From contig JAFDHD010000009.1 in assembly GCA_019308995.1 (NCBI GenBank), forward strand, positions 4,524 to 68,523: a stretch of 64,000 nt of DNA. The letters are read 5' to 3'. A program made the position numbers and the translations under genes. Below, in pieces: positions 46,094 through 55,546 of this stretch. The notes beneath the pieces were generated by a model, which saw nothing but the letters and a program-made list of their open reading frames with translations, was not told where the DNA came from and searched no databases. Origin of the DNA: Deltaproteobacteria bacterium (GTDB lineage Bacteria; Desulfobacterota; Desulfarculia; Adiutricales; JAFDHD01). How positions within the stretch are numbered: position 1 is the first letter of the stretch; each line of letters begins with the position of its first letter.

Positions 46094-46122
46094 ATTATAA
46101 ATGCCTTAATTAATTTTGTCAA
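46094..46122 (-). promoter_or_regulatory. perfect consensus sigma70 promoter with an overlapping AT-rich imperfect inverted repeat (candidate ArsR operator)
   Basis: On the minus strand: TTGACA (46122-46117), a 17-nt spacer, then TATAAT (46099-94). Read on the plus strand, the promoter region is CAAATTATAA-N5-TTAATTAATTTG, an imperfect palindrome. Confidence 0.75.
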
Positions 46123-46264
46123 TACTTAAATGAAAAAATTTTTCAGGTTTTGAAACATTGGTAACATCAATAATCCCCCAGGGCTTAGATGGCTCCTTTT
46201 CTCAAACAGGTTTTATTTCGTTGAATCTCCTGCTAAAATACGGCTCAAGGATACTGAACTGCCC

Positions 46265-47074
46265 ATGGAAGAGATTGACTACCTGTGCATCGGACATGTC
46301 TCGCAGGACCTTTCTCCTGACGGCCCTTCGGCTGGAGGCACCGCGACCTACAGCTCGCTCACGGCCCAGACCCTGGGGCAGCGGGCGGCTATCGTAACCA
46401 GCGCCGGGCCGGATTTTGATCCGGGTCAATTCCTTCCCGGCATCAAAACTGTATCGCTCCCAACAGCCCATACCACCGTCTTTGAGAATATTTACACCCC
46501 GGCCGGCCGCTGCCAGTATATTCACAGTGTCGCCGCGCCTCTGGGACCAGAGGCCGTGCCGCCTGACTGGCGGTCGCCCGGGATTGTCCACCTCGGGCCG
46601 ATTGCCAATGAGGTTGACCCGGCGTTGATTTACCTCTTTGACAGCGCCGTGGTCGGGCTCACGCCCCAGGGCTGGCATCGAGGCTGGGACGCTCAAGGGA
46701 GGGTGAGGTTCATTCCGTGGCCGGCCGCCTTTGATATTCTTCCCCTGGCCACGGCCGTGGTTGTCAGCCAGGAAGATATCAGGGGTCAAGAAACATGGGA
46801 TATCTACCGGCGGCGATGCCGCCTGCTCGTCATCACGCAGGGGGCGGCCGGTTGTATCGTCTGCCATAAAAGCAGGGTGCGTCATTTCCCTGCGCCCAAG
46901 GCGCCTGAGATTGACCCGACCGGTGTGGGGGACATCTTTGCCGCCGCATTTTTCGTCCGTCTTCATGAAACTGATGGCGACCCGTGGGAAGCGGCCCGTT
47001 TTGCGACGCAGGTCGCCGCGCCGAGCGTGGCCCGGCCGGGCCTGGCAGGCGTCCCGGGCCCGGAGTCGGAATGA
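46265..47074 (+). CDS. PfkB-family carbohydrate/nucleoside kinase
   Basis: IDPTGVGDIFAAAF (DxxGxGD) C-terminal motif and a ribokinase-like N-terminus. Confidence 0.75.
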   Translation: MEEIDYLCIGHVSQDLSPDGPSAGGTATYSSLTAQTLGQRAAIVTSAGPDFDPGQFLPGIKTVSLPTAHTTVFENIYTPAGRCQYIHSVAAPLGPEAVPPDWRSPGIVHLGPIANEVDPALIYLFDSAVVGLTPQGWHRGWDAQGRVRFIPWPAAFDILPLATAVVVSQEDIRGQETWDIYRRRCRLLVITQGAAGCIVCHKSRVRHFPAPKAPEIDPTGVGDIFAAAFFVRLHETDGDPWEAARFATQVAAPSVARPGLAGVPGPESE

Positions 47075-47266
47075 TCTTGACAGCAGATGGCAATGGCACT
47101 AATTTTCCCTTTAATCGTTGCTTGAACCGGATTTTTTATGTTATTCATGTTCGTGTTCCTTGGAGGCAGGGCGGTCAGGGGCGATCCGCCTCCCGTAGCT
47201 GACGACCTGAAGAAGCTGCTGTATGGTTTTAGGATTTGATTCATTGAAAGGTGAAAGGATTGGGAG

Positions 47267-48973
47267 ATGAAGATTTTAAGAGTCAACATGAGTGATTTGA
47301 AGACGGTTTTGGAAGAACTGCCCGAAGAGTGGAAGATACTCGGCGGTCGAGGCTTATCGGCCAAAATATTAAAGGCAGAGATGCCGCCTGAGGCGGACCC
47401 GCTGGGGGAGCAGGCCAGGCTCATCATCGCCGGCGGGCCTCTGGCCGGGACCCTGGCCCCGTCCTGCGGCCGTGTTTCCGTGGGGGCCAAGAGTCCTCTG
47501 ACCCTGGGAATCAAGGAGTCCAACTCCGGGGGGCCGGCCGCCCAGAAGCTGGACAGGCTGGGGATCAGAGCCATCATTGTCGAGGGCGCGCCCAAGGAGG
47601 ACGAGTTTTTTCTTCTTCACATCACCAAGGACGGCGTTACTCTTGAGAGCGCGGGTCAGTATAAGGGGCTCAAGAATTACGCCTTGGTCGGGGAGCTTTA
47701 TCAGGCGTATGATAAAGGGTCGGCCATCATCTCAATCGGCATTGCCGGGGAAAGGAGATGGAAGGGGTCCAGCGTGGCCTTCACCGACATGGACGGCCAC
47801 CCTTCCAGGCATGCCGGACGCGGCGGCCTGGGCGCGGTCATGGGCGTCAAGGGACTCAAGGCCATCGTAATTGACGACCACGGCTCTTCTCCCATCGAGC
47901 TGGCTGACAGGGAAGCCTTCCGGGAAGCAATAAAGGGTTGGCCTGAGGTGATCAAGGCTGACGCGAGGGTGCAGATCATGAGTCGGTATGGCACGACCGA
48001 CGCTATCGCCGCCATGAGGTCCATCGGAACCGCACCCTCTAAGAATTACAGCAGCGAGCAGACCGAGGATTACGAAAATCTGGCCGGGTCAACCTGGGAG
48101 AAAACCAACCAGGACAGAGGCGGCCGCATCACCGGCTGTATGCCCGGCTGCATCGTCAGGTGCTCTGTGGTCTACCACGACAGCGATAGCAAACACCTGA
48201 CCACCGCCCTGGAATATGAGACCATCGCCCTCCTGGGCACCAACCTAGGTATAAACGATCCCGATGTCGTGGCCGCGTTTGACCGAATGTGTGACGACAT
48301 GGGCCTGGATACAATCGAGCTGGGCAGCGCCATGGGCGTGGCCGCCAGCGCCGGAAAGATGGAAATGGGTGACGCCGAGTCTGCCTTGGCCCTGTTTAAC
48401 GAGGTTGAAAAAGGCACCGCCTTGGGGGCAATCCTGGGTAATGGCGTCGTTTCCACGGCCAAGGCCCTGGGGGTGACCAGAATCCCGGCCTTTAAAGGAC
48501 AGGCCATTCCGGCTCATGACCCCAGGGTTACCAAGGCCACCGGCGTGACCTACCACACCAGTCCCATGGGCGCGGACCATACGGCCGGTGTGTCTTATGA
48601 GAACTTTAAATCAAAGGAGGGCCAGGTCGAAAGGTCCCTCAAGGTCCAGATCCGCAACGCCACCATGGATTCCCTGGGCTACTGCCTCCTGGCCGTGCCT
48701 GAAGACCACAAGGCGCTCCTGATTTTTCTCACAGACCTGGTCAAGGCGCGCTACGGACTCAGCCTAAAGGTCGGCGATTTGATTGACATTGGCAGAGAGA
48801 CGCTCAGGACCGAGCTTGAATTTAACCAGGGAACCGAGTTTCATACGGCCCACGGCCCGGACCCCGAATTTGTACGGACCGAACCTCTGGCCCCGATTGG
48901 AAACGTGTTTGACGTTGACCCCGATGAAATCGCAGCCATCTGGGACAGGCTGGACACCATCCAGCTCTTTTAG
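47267..48973 (+). CDS. aor: aldehyde:ferredoxin oxidoreductase family (tungstopterin) enzyme
   Basis: MKILRVNMSDL...GGRGLSAKIL...GPLAGT...GRVSVGAKSPLT is an AOR N-terminal domain, and the C-terminal domains have typical length. Confidence 0.8.
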   Translation: MKILRVNMSDLKTVLEELPEEWKILGGRGLSAKILKAEMPPEADPLGEQARLIIAGGPLAGTLAPSCGRVSVGAKSPLTLGIKESNSGGPAAQKLDRLGIRAIIVEGAPKEDEFFLLHITKDGVTLESAGQYKGLKNYALVGELYQAYDKGSAIISIGIAGERRWKGSSVAFTDMDGHPSRHAGRGGLGAVMGVKGLKAIVIDDHGSSPIELADREAFREAIKGWPEVIKADARVQIMSRYGTTDAIAAMRSIGTAPSKNYSSEQTEDYENLAGSTWEKTNQDRGGRITGCMPGCIVRCSVVYHDSDSKHLTTALEYETIALLGTNLGINDPDVVAAFDRMCDDMGLDTIELGSAMGVAASAGKMEMGDAESALALFNEVEKGTALGAILGNGVVSTAKALGVTRIPAFKGQAIPAHDPRVTKATGVTYHTSPMGADHTAGVSYENFKSKEGQVERSLKVQIRNATMDSLGYCLLAVPEDHKALLIFLTDLVKARYGLSLKVGDLIDIGRETLRTELEFNQGTEFHTAHGPDPEFVRTEPLAPIGNVFDVDPDEIAAIWDRLDTIQLF

Positions 48974-48993
48974 ACAGACAGAGGCATCCTGTT

Positions 48994-49016
48994 CGGGCGG
49001 GGAGCTTCCCCGCCCG
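48994..49016 (+). terminator. GC-rich hairpin after aor (non-canonical, no U-tract)
   Basis: CGGGCGGGG-AGCTT-CCCCGCCCG is a perfect 9-bp stem. It is followed by GCAGG... rather than a T-run. Confidence 0.35.
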
Positions 49017-49095
49017 GCAGGTGGGAAAAAATCGAAGGCCCTGACCGTATAACCCGAGTCGCCTCATCATCAACAGCCAACCATAACCGGATCTG

Positions 49096-49977
49096 ATGAA
49101 AAAAATACTCTTTCCCCTTTTACTCGCCGTTTCTCTCGTCCTTTTTGTCGTTCTGGCTAATGTATATTTTCAGTACGCCAAATACAGGCCCATAAAGGCT
49201 CTGCCTTCGCCGATCCCGGCTCTTGACGCTTCAAAGACGGAGGTCATGTCGTGGCAGCCTTTTACCAACGCCATCGGCATGAAATTCGTCTATATGCCGC
49301 TGGGCAGATTCATCATGGGCAGCCCGCCGACTGAAATCGGGCGGTCAGATGGGGAGTACCAGCATGAGGTCATCCTCATCAAAGGATTCTTTATACAGAC
49401 GACCGAGGTGACTCAAAAGCAGTGGAACACCTTGATGGCAAAAAACCCCTCCAGGTTCACGGGAGACGACCGGCCCGTGGAACAGGTCGCCTGGCTCGAT
49501 TGCCAGGCCTTTATCAAGGCCCTCAATCGTATCGAGGGTCATGACAGGTACCGCCTGCCCACCGAGGCGGAGTGGGAGTATGCCTGCCGCGCCGGCACCA
49601 CCACGGCCTTTGCTTTCGGTGATTTGACCACCACAGGCAGAGGGTATGATCTGAACCTTGATCGGATAGGATGGTACGCGGGAAACTCGAGCGCCTCGAC
49701 ACACCCGGTCGCCCAGAAGGAGCCTAACGCCTGGGGGTTGTATGACATGCATGGCAATGTCTGGGAATGGTGCCAGGACAGGTATGAGAGATGGTACGGG
49801 AAATTTACCACCGGCGCGGTCACTGATCCCGCGGGCGGGCGGTGGGGCCGGAGGAGGGTCTTTCGCGGGGGAAGCTGGTTTGCGCCTGCCGAGTATTGCC
49901 GCTCGGCCGACCGCCTTCGGGCTCCGCCGGATTTCAAGAGCTCCGGTCTGGGATTTCGCGTGGTCAGGTCGGAGTAG
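49096..49977 (+). CDS. formylglycine-generating-enzyme (SUMF1/EgtB-like) family protein with an N-terminal TM
   Basis: YRLPTEAEWEYACRAGT, MHGNVWEWCQD and RVFRGGSW motifs. Confidence 0.8.
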   Translation: MKKILFPLLLAVSLVLFVVLANVYFQYAKYRPIKALPSPIPALDASKTEVMSWQPFTNAIGMKFVYMPLGRFIMGSPPTEIGRSDGEYQHEVILIKGFFIQTTEVTQKQWNTLMAKNPSRFTGDDRPVEQVAWLDCQAFIKALNRIEGHDRYRLPTEAEWEYACRAGTTTAFAFGDLTTTGRGYDLNLDRIGWYAGNSSASTHPVAQKEPNAWGLYDMHGNVWEWCQDRYERWYGKFTTGAVTDPAGGRWGRRRVFRGGSWFAPAEYCRSADRLRAPPDFKSSGLGFRVVRSE

Positions 49978-50315
49978 TTATGCTTTGAACACGGATTTTT
50001 ACAGCTTGCATTTAGGACCGATGTCTCCAGGCTTTAAACCATATCGGTACTTGAGGTGAAGATGTTTTTCAAATTGTTATCGTTATCAATAAGGTTTGAT
50101 CACTGCACTCATCTTCTTTACCGTTTTCATTGGGGGTGATGTTATGCCAGGAACCACGCTGCTGGCACCCGGCCAGAAGGTGACGTTAAGAACCAACTGC
50201 GCCGGGTCACCAACCGGGCTCGTGTGCGCGTAGTGGTGAGAAGCTAGCCGTCCGGCCATAATTGACACCGGGAAATCATTTCACTAAACTCTTCCTCGGT
50301 GAAACGGAGGAACAG

Positions 50316-51281
50316 ATGAATCCGACCCTGGTAGTTCTGGCGGCCGGAATTGGCAGCCGGTATAAAGGCCTGAAGCAAATTGACCCTCTGGGTCCGTGCG
50401 GCGAGACGATCATTGATTATTCTGTATTTGATGCGGTCCGGTCCGGGTTTAACAAGACGGTTTTTGTCATCCGGCGTGACATCGAGGAGTCCTTTAAGGA
50501 AGCGATAAGCAAAAAATTCGAGAACAGGGTTCAGGTGGAATATGCGTATCAGGAACTGGACATGCTTCCGGAAGGGTATCAAGCGTCTCCGGGCCGCAGC
50601 AAGCCCTGGGGCACGGCTCACGCCGTCCTGGTGACGGAAGACCTGATCAGCACACCCTTTGCGGTGATCAATGCCGACGATTTTTACGGACTTAAAGGCT
50701 TTCAATTATTAGGCGAGTACCTGGAAGCAGTCCAGGACAACGCCTCGACCGACTATGCCATGGTGGGCTATGTGTTGAGAAACACGCTTTCGGAATTCGG
50801 CACGGTTTCCAGAGGGGTTTGCCAGTGCGACCATCAGGGTTTTATGCAGGGTATCACCGAAATCATCAGTATTGAAAAAGACGGTCATGGGGCCAGGTAT
50901 GTTGACCCTGAAGGGAAAAAACGGCTGCTCTCAGGCGATGAGGTGGTCTCCATGAATATGTGGGGATTCACACCCTCCCTGTTTGGCCATCTGCGCGGGC
51001 AGTTTTCGCGGTTCCTGGAGGAATGGGGCGGCAATGAAAAGGCCGAGTTCCTGCTACCTGACACCGTCCACGCTCTGGTCAAGGAAGGCCAGGCCAGAGT
51101 CAAGGTCCTGCACACCCAGAAGCGGCCGCTTGGGGCTGCATCCGGTGAAAGCGAGACAGAAGCGCTTGAGGCCCAGAAACAATGGTTTGGCCTGACCCAT
51201 CAAAAGGATAGATCGGCGGCAGTGAAGAAGATACAAGCCCTGATCAGGCTGGGGGTGTACCCGGAAAAACTCTGGAGCTAG
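50316..51281 (+). CDS. sugar-phosphate nucleotidyltransferase-fold protein
   Basis: LVVLAAGIGSRYKGLKQ (GxGxR NTP-transferase loop). I chose the ATG at 50316 with a GGAGG SD 5 nt upstream. Confidence 0.65.
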   Translation: MNPTLVVLAAGIGSRYKGLKQIDPLGPCGETIIDYSVFDAVRSGFNKTVFVIRRDIEESFKEAISKKFENRVQVEYAYQELDMLPEGYQASPGRSKPWGTAHAVLVTEDLISTPFAVINADDFYGLKGFQLLGEYLEAVQDNASTDYAMVGYVLRNTLSEFGTVSRGVCQCDHQGFMQGITEIISIEKDGHGARYVDPEGKKRLLSGDEVVSMNMWGFTPSLFGHLRGQFSRFLEEWGGNEKAEFLLPDTVHALVKEGQARVKVLHTQKRPLGAASGESETEALEAQKQWFGLTHQKDRSAAVKKIQALIRLGVYPEKLWS

Positions 51282-51539
51282 GCTTGCCTCTTGATTGAGC
51301 CATTTTTGACGAGGGCCGGGCTGATGATCCAGGGCCATTGTCAACAGGTCGTTCACAGCCGGTTTTCCCCCGGCTGAGGGCGTCCTTGCCATGAGGGCCG
51401 AACCCTGGAATGAGCCATGGGTAATGGCGTTCTGACCGGGGATGTGTTATAGATAAAATTTAAGGCCTGACAGCCCGCGGCCGTATCAAGGGCTTTTAAA
51501 TAAACCGACAATAACTATTTCCAAATCGAGGAGACAACG

Positions 51540-52337
51540 ATGAAGGGTCATGGGCGACTGCAGGGAAAGGTGGCCATCATTACCGGCGCTGCCAGCGGGA
51601 TTGGCAGGGCGGCCGCGTTCCTCTTTGCCAGGGAAGGAGCCAGGCTGGCCCTGGCTGATATAAACGAGGAAGCATTAAAGGAGATCGTGTCTCAAATCGT
51701 AGATGAGGGCGGTGAAGCCGTCATGAGGAAGACCGACATCTCGCAGGAGGAGGAGGTCAAGGCCCTCATCAACCTGACCCTTAAGACATACTCCCAGGTG
51801 GATATCCTGTGCAACAACGCCGGGACTATAGGCGGTGCTCCCAGTCTTGAAGAGGAAGACGGCGACGACTGGCACAGGGTTTTCGGGGTCAACGTCATGG
51901 GGGCGGTTTTTGGCACCAAGCACATCGCCAAACACATGCAGGCCAGGAAATGCGGCGCCATTGTCAATACGGCTTCTGTGGCCGGGATCCGCGCCGGCGC
52001 GGGCACCAATGCCTACTCGGCCAGCAAGGCCGCGCTCATCAACTTCAGCCAGACGGCCGCCTGTGACCTGGGCGGGTTCAATGTGCGGGTCAATGCCGTC
52101 TGTCCGGGCCTGATTGAGACGGGCATGACCAAGGTTGTTTTTGATTATGCCCGGGAGACAGGCAAGGAATCAAAACTGGGCTACCGCTGCGAACTCAAAC
52201 GATACGGCCGACCCGAAGAGGTCGCGGCAGCCATCCTCTTTTTGGCCAGCGATGAAGCCAGCTACATCACCGGCCAGGCCCTGGCCGTGGATGGAGGCAA
52301 CACCGCCTCCCTGAACCTGCCCGGCATGAAGTATTGA
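51540..52337 (+). CDS. SDR-family oxidoreductase (FabG-like)
   Basis: TGAASGIGRA (TGxxxGxG), NNAG, and YSASKAA (YxxxK). Confidence 0.85.
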   Translation: MKGHGRLQGKVAIITGAASGIGRAAAFLFAREGARLALADINEEALKEIVSQIVDEGGEAVMRKTDISQEEEVKALINLTLKTYSQVDILCNNAGTIGGAPSLEEEDGDDWHRVFGVNVMGAVFGTKHIAKHMQARKCGAIVNTASVAGIRAGAGTNAYSASKAALINFSQTAACDLGGFNVRVNAVCPGLIETGMTKVVFDYARETGKESKLGYRCELKRYGRPEEVAAAILFLASDEASYITGQALAVDGGNTASLNLPGMKY

Positions 52338-52385
52338 TCCATGAGAGGGGGGGGACGTTCTTTACTTTAAAGTAACCGGCATGTC

Positions 52386-52414
52386 TTGACAGGCATCAGG
52401 ACCTGTGTTTTAAT
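52386..52414 (+). promoter_or_regulatory. sigma70 promoter of the cobalamin-uptake operon
   Basis: TTGACA-N17-TTTAAT. The predicted start near 52421 coincides with the 5' end of riboswitch 1. Confidence 0.6.
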
Positions 52415-52420
52415 TTCATT

Positions 52421-52577
52421 GTGGGTAGCCCTTGAGGGCTTTAATAGGGAAGACGGTGCGAATCCGTCGTGGACCCGCCGCTGTAACCGGGGACGAAGGC
52501 CGCAGAGCGCCACTGTTCTTTTAAGGATGGGAAGGCGCGGTCGGTAGGATGATCCGGAAACCAGAAGACCTGCCCAT
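52421..52577 (+). promoter_or_regulatory. cobalamin riboswitch, copy 1
   Basis: AATAGGGAA..GGTGCGAATCC..CCCGCCGCTGTAA..GCCACTG..GGGAAGGC..., with the B12 box ACCAGAAGACCTGCCC at 52560-52575. Confidence 0.8.
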
Positions 52578-52652
52578 AAAGGCGTGGCGAGCCTCGACTC
52601 TCGCGGACCGGGGTGAAGAGGTTCTTAATTAATCGAGGATGAAAAACGGCAT

Positions 52653-52690
52653 CCCCGGGCTGATTTTAAATGGCCCGGGGTTTTTGTTTT
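52653..52690 (+). terminator. intrinsic terminator (expression platform of riboswitch 1)
   Basis: CCCCGGGC-N12-GCCCGGGG followed by TTTTTGTTTT. Confidence 0.75.
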
Positions 52691-52744
52691 CTGGCATTCA
52701 GTGAGGGGGTGATTGAGAAATAATTACAGGAAAAAAGTCAGGTC

Positions 52745-52895
52745 CAGGTAGTTTGAGGGTACTCCGAATCAAGGGAAGGAAGTGAAAGGCTTCCGCCGCC
52801 CCGCGACTGTGATCGGGACGAAAGCCGCAGCATGCCACTGTCTTTGAGGACGGGAAGGCGCGGCCGGTAGGATGAACGAGAGCCAGGAAACCTTT
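52745..52895 (+). promoter_or_regulatory. cobalamin riboswitch, copy 2 (more divergent)
   Basis: AATCAAGGGAAGGAAGTGAAAGGC..CCCGCGACTGTGA..GCCACTG..GGGAAGGC... The B12-box-like AGCCAGGAAACCT lies at 52881-52893. The core is nearly identical to copy 1 (GGGACGAA.GCCGCAG...GCCACTGT...GGGAAGGCGCGG.CGGTAGGATGA). Confidence 0.6.
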
Positions 52896-52949
52896 TTCGG
52901 AAGTATTAAGTTATCTAATTTCCCCGAGGGGGGAGAAGGGAATGTTAAG

Positions 52950-54896
52950 ATGAAAAAGATCATCGCCACCCTGTTAGTGGCCTCATTGTTGGCCTTGCCT
53001 CGCGTCGCAGGCGCTAAAGAAGTTGAAACAAGCCAGACCGAAACGACTGACACGTTTGTCATCACCGCCATCCGTATCGAAATCCCGACTAAAGAAGTCG
53101 CCAGCTCCCTGACTGTAATCAGCTCTCAAGACATTGAGAACCAGCAAAAGGCGACCGTGCTCGAGGTGTTGCGCGGCCTTCCAGGCCTGGACGTCGTTCA
53201 GGCCGGCGGGCCGGGAGGGCAGACCGCCATATTCCTCCGGGGCGCAAAATCGGAACACACCCTGGTCTTGATAGATGGCATGGAGATGAACAACCCCATC
53301 ACCCCTGGCCGGTCTTTTGATTTCGCCCATCTGACCGCCGACAATATTGAGCGCATCGAGATCATCCGCGGACCGCAAAGCACCTTGTACGGCTCCGACG
53401 CCATTGGCGGTGTTATAAATATCATCACTAAAAAAGGTAAAGGGAAGCCCAGGCTTTCCTTTTCCGCTGAAGCAGGCACGTATAACACCTTTGAAGAAAA
53501 GCTGGGGTTCAGCTTTGGCAATAAATTAGCAAACTGCTCCCTGTCCGTTTCCAGACTGGATACCGATGGCATCTCCGCTGCCAGTAAAGACCTGGCCGGG
53601 AACGATGAGAAGGACGGCTATCAAAACACCTCGATCTCCGCCAGGCTGGGATTAACACCCGCCGAGAGCTTCGAGTTTGATCTCTTTTTAAGAACTTTCG
53701 ATGCCAGAGCCGATCTTGATAATTTTGGCGGCGCTTCCGGAGATGATCCCAACTACATCGAGAAAGTCAAGCAGCTGTTTGTAAAGGCCCAGGCCCGGGT
53801 TACATTATTTAATGACCTCTGGGAGCAGCGCATGGGTTTTTCCTTGAGCCGTCACGAGACCAGAGACGACAATCCCATTGATGCCGATCATCCGGCTGAC
53901 CTGGTGCAGAGCACTTACATTGGAGACATCGTGAAGTGGGACTGGCAGCACAATATATATCTTCATGACACCAATACCTTCACCTTCGGCGTGGAACTGG
54001 AGGAGGAAAAAGGGAAATTCGAGTTTTATTCGGAAAGCATCTTCGGACCGTTCACGACCGTGTTTAACACTAGAAAGGCCCAGACCAACGGCTTTTATCT
54101 CCAGGATCATATTAAGCTCTGGAACCGGTGGATCACCACGCTGGGAGTTCGTCAGGATAAACACAGTACCTTCGGATCAAAAACGACCTTTCGCCTGGCT
54201 TCCGCCTGTCTTTTCCCAGAGGCGGGCACAAAGCTTAAAGCCACTTATGGCACCGGGTTCAAGGCCCCTACGCTTTATCAGCTTTTTTCTCAATTCGGAA
54301 ATGAAAATCTAGCCGCTGAAAAGAGCGTCGGATGGGACGTCGGGTTCGAGCAATCATTTTTTAAAAATACAATTAATTTTGGAATCACCTACTTCCAGAA
54401 CGTTATTAAAAATCTTATCGAGTTTGACGGCGCTTCGTTTTCTTATAAAAACATCTCTGAAGCCGAGACCAAGGGGCTCGAAGTCAACGCCTCCGTCCGG
54501 CCGACGAAAAGTCTGACCATTACCGCCAACTATACAAACACCGACGCCAGGGATAAAACCAATAATGAGGCGCTCATCAGAAGGCCGAAAAACAAATATT
54601 CCCTCGGTGTAAACTACAACTTCCTGAGAAAGGGAAATGTCAACCTCGGTGTCGTTCACGTGGGCGACCGGCCGGATAAATTTTTCGATCCTGTAACTTA
54701 TGTCACGACCGATGTCACCCTGGATGCATACACGCTGCTCAACCTGGCGATGTCCTATAACATCTGTAAGCATTTTCAGGTCTTTGGCCGTGTGGAAAAC
54801 CTTTTGAGTGAAAAATACGAAGAGGTGAAGGGGTATGGTTCCCCGGGAACCACTATCATGGTGGGCGTGAAAGCCTTACTTGGAGGCACGAGGTGA
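52950..54896 (+). CDS. btuB: TonB-dependent outer-membrane receptor (BtuB-like)
   Basis: Signal peptide MKKIIATLLVASLLALPRVAGA, a TonB box-like DTFVITA, a plug domain (IEIIRGPQSTLYGSDAIGGVINIITK), and a beta-barrel ending in an aromatic-rich C-terminus. It lies behind cobalamin riboswitches. The ATG at 52950 is preferred over 52872, which falls inside riboswitch 2. Confidence 0.85.
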   Translation: MKKIIATLLVASLLALPRVAGAKEVETSQTETTDTFVITAIRIEIPTKEVASSLTVISSQDIENQQKATVLEVLRGLPGLDVVQAGGPGGQTAIFLRGAKSEHTLVLIDGMEMNNPITPGRSFDFAHLTADNIERIEIIRGPQSTLYGSDAIGGVINIITKKGKGKPRLSFSAEAGTYNTFEEKLGFSFGNKLANCSLSVSRLDTDGISAASKDLAGNDEKDGYQNTSISARLGLTPAESFEFDLFLRTFDARADLDNFGGASGDDPNYIEKVKQLFVKAQARVTLFNDLWEQRMGFSLSRHETRDDNPIDADHPADLVQSTYIGDIVKWDWQHNIYLHDTNTFTFGVELEEEKGKFEFYSESIFGPFTTVFNTRKAQTNGFYLQDHIKLWNRWITTLGVRQDKHSTFGSKTTFRLASACLFPEAGTKLKATYGTGFKAPTLYQLFSQFGNENLAAEKSVGWDVGFEQSFFKNTINFGITYFQNVIKNLIEFDGASFSYKNISEAETKGLEVNASVRPTKSLTITANYTNTDARDKTNNEALIRRPKNKYSLGVNYNFLRKGNVNLGVVHVGDRPDKFFDPVTYVTTDVTLDAYTLLNLAMSYNICKHFQVFGRVENLLSEKYEEVKGYGSPGTTIMVGVKALLGGTR

Positions 54897-54928
54897 CCCT
54901 CCCGACCTCCCTCTTCAAGGACTAACTT

Positions 54929-55546
54929 ATGATCTACAACCTGTTCGCAAGGGGCGGGCCTCTCATGTGGCCCCTCCTCCTCTGTTCCTTGATCTCTCTG
55001 ACCATCACTATTGAGAGAGTAATTTTCTGGTGGAAAGGGAGAAATCATCGGGATGAGAACCTGGTTAAAACCCTCTTTCGCCAGACCGAACAGGGGGAGT
55101 TTGAGGCCGCCCTTTCTAGCGGCCAGGAAACGCTTGACCTGACGGCCCTGGTTCTTCTGGCCGGGCTTGCCCAGCGGCAGTTCGGGCTCAGGCAAAACAT
55201 GGAAGTCGAGGCAGAGGATCAAATCAGAGTCATGAAACGAGGTTTGAGCACCCTGGACACCATTATCACCATGGCCCCTTTACTGGGAATCCTGGGCACA
55301 GTGCTGGGGATTATCGAATCCTTTGAATTTTTAAGTCTCAGTGGCGTTCAAGACCCGAAGGCCGTCATGGGCGGGATTGCCCAGGCCTTGATTACAACCG
55401 CGGCCGGACTGACCGTGGCGCTTCTGACCTTGATCCCTTACAACTACTTCATGGCCAGGACAGAGAAAGCGATCAAAGATTTCGAAAAACTTGGCACCAG
55501 ATTCGAGATGGCTTTTCAGAAGGGGCTTCAGAAAAATGCGGCTTAG
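54929..55546 (+). CDS. exbB: MotA/TolQ/ExbB proton-channel protein
   Basis: Three TM helices and the conserved ...APLLGILGTVLGII... motif. Confidence 0.85.
   Translation: MIYNLFARGGPLMWPLLLCSLISLTITIERVIFWWKGRNHRDENLVKTLFRQTEQGEFEAALSSGQETLDLTALVLLAGLAQRQFGLRQNMEVEAEDQIRVMKRGLSTLDTIITMAPLLGILGTVLGIIESFEFLSLSGVQDPKAVMGGIAQALITTAAGLTVALLTLIPYNYFMARTEKAIKDFEKLGTRFEMAFQKGLQKNAA

Noticed and set aside
46060-46122. A 21-codon N-terminal extension of the ArsR regulator in the ORF track.
   Set aside because: The extension overlaps the entire consensus -35/-10 promoter. A GTG with an AGGA SD at 46059 gives a regulator of normal length.
46202-47595. Long antisense ORFs: 46202..46966 (254 aa) and 46963..47595 (210 aa). 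Similar cases are 59386..59979, 55331..55987, 34577..35224, 42271..42825, 36665..37201, 37454..37963 and 37986..38477.
   Set aside because: They lie opposite genes with clear family signatures (pfkB, aor, btuC/remnant, exbD/tonB, thrS, rdh-like, mutL). Their products are Arg/Pro/Gly-rich and low in complexity, as expected for shadow frames in GC-rich DNA.
52872-52949. The upstream ATG (52872) proposed for the TonB-dependent receptor.
   Set aside because: It lies inside the second riboswitch aptamer. The signal peptide begins at the ATG at 52950, which has a purine-rich SD.
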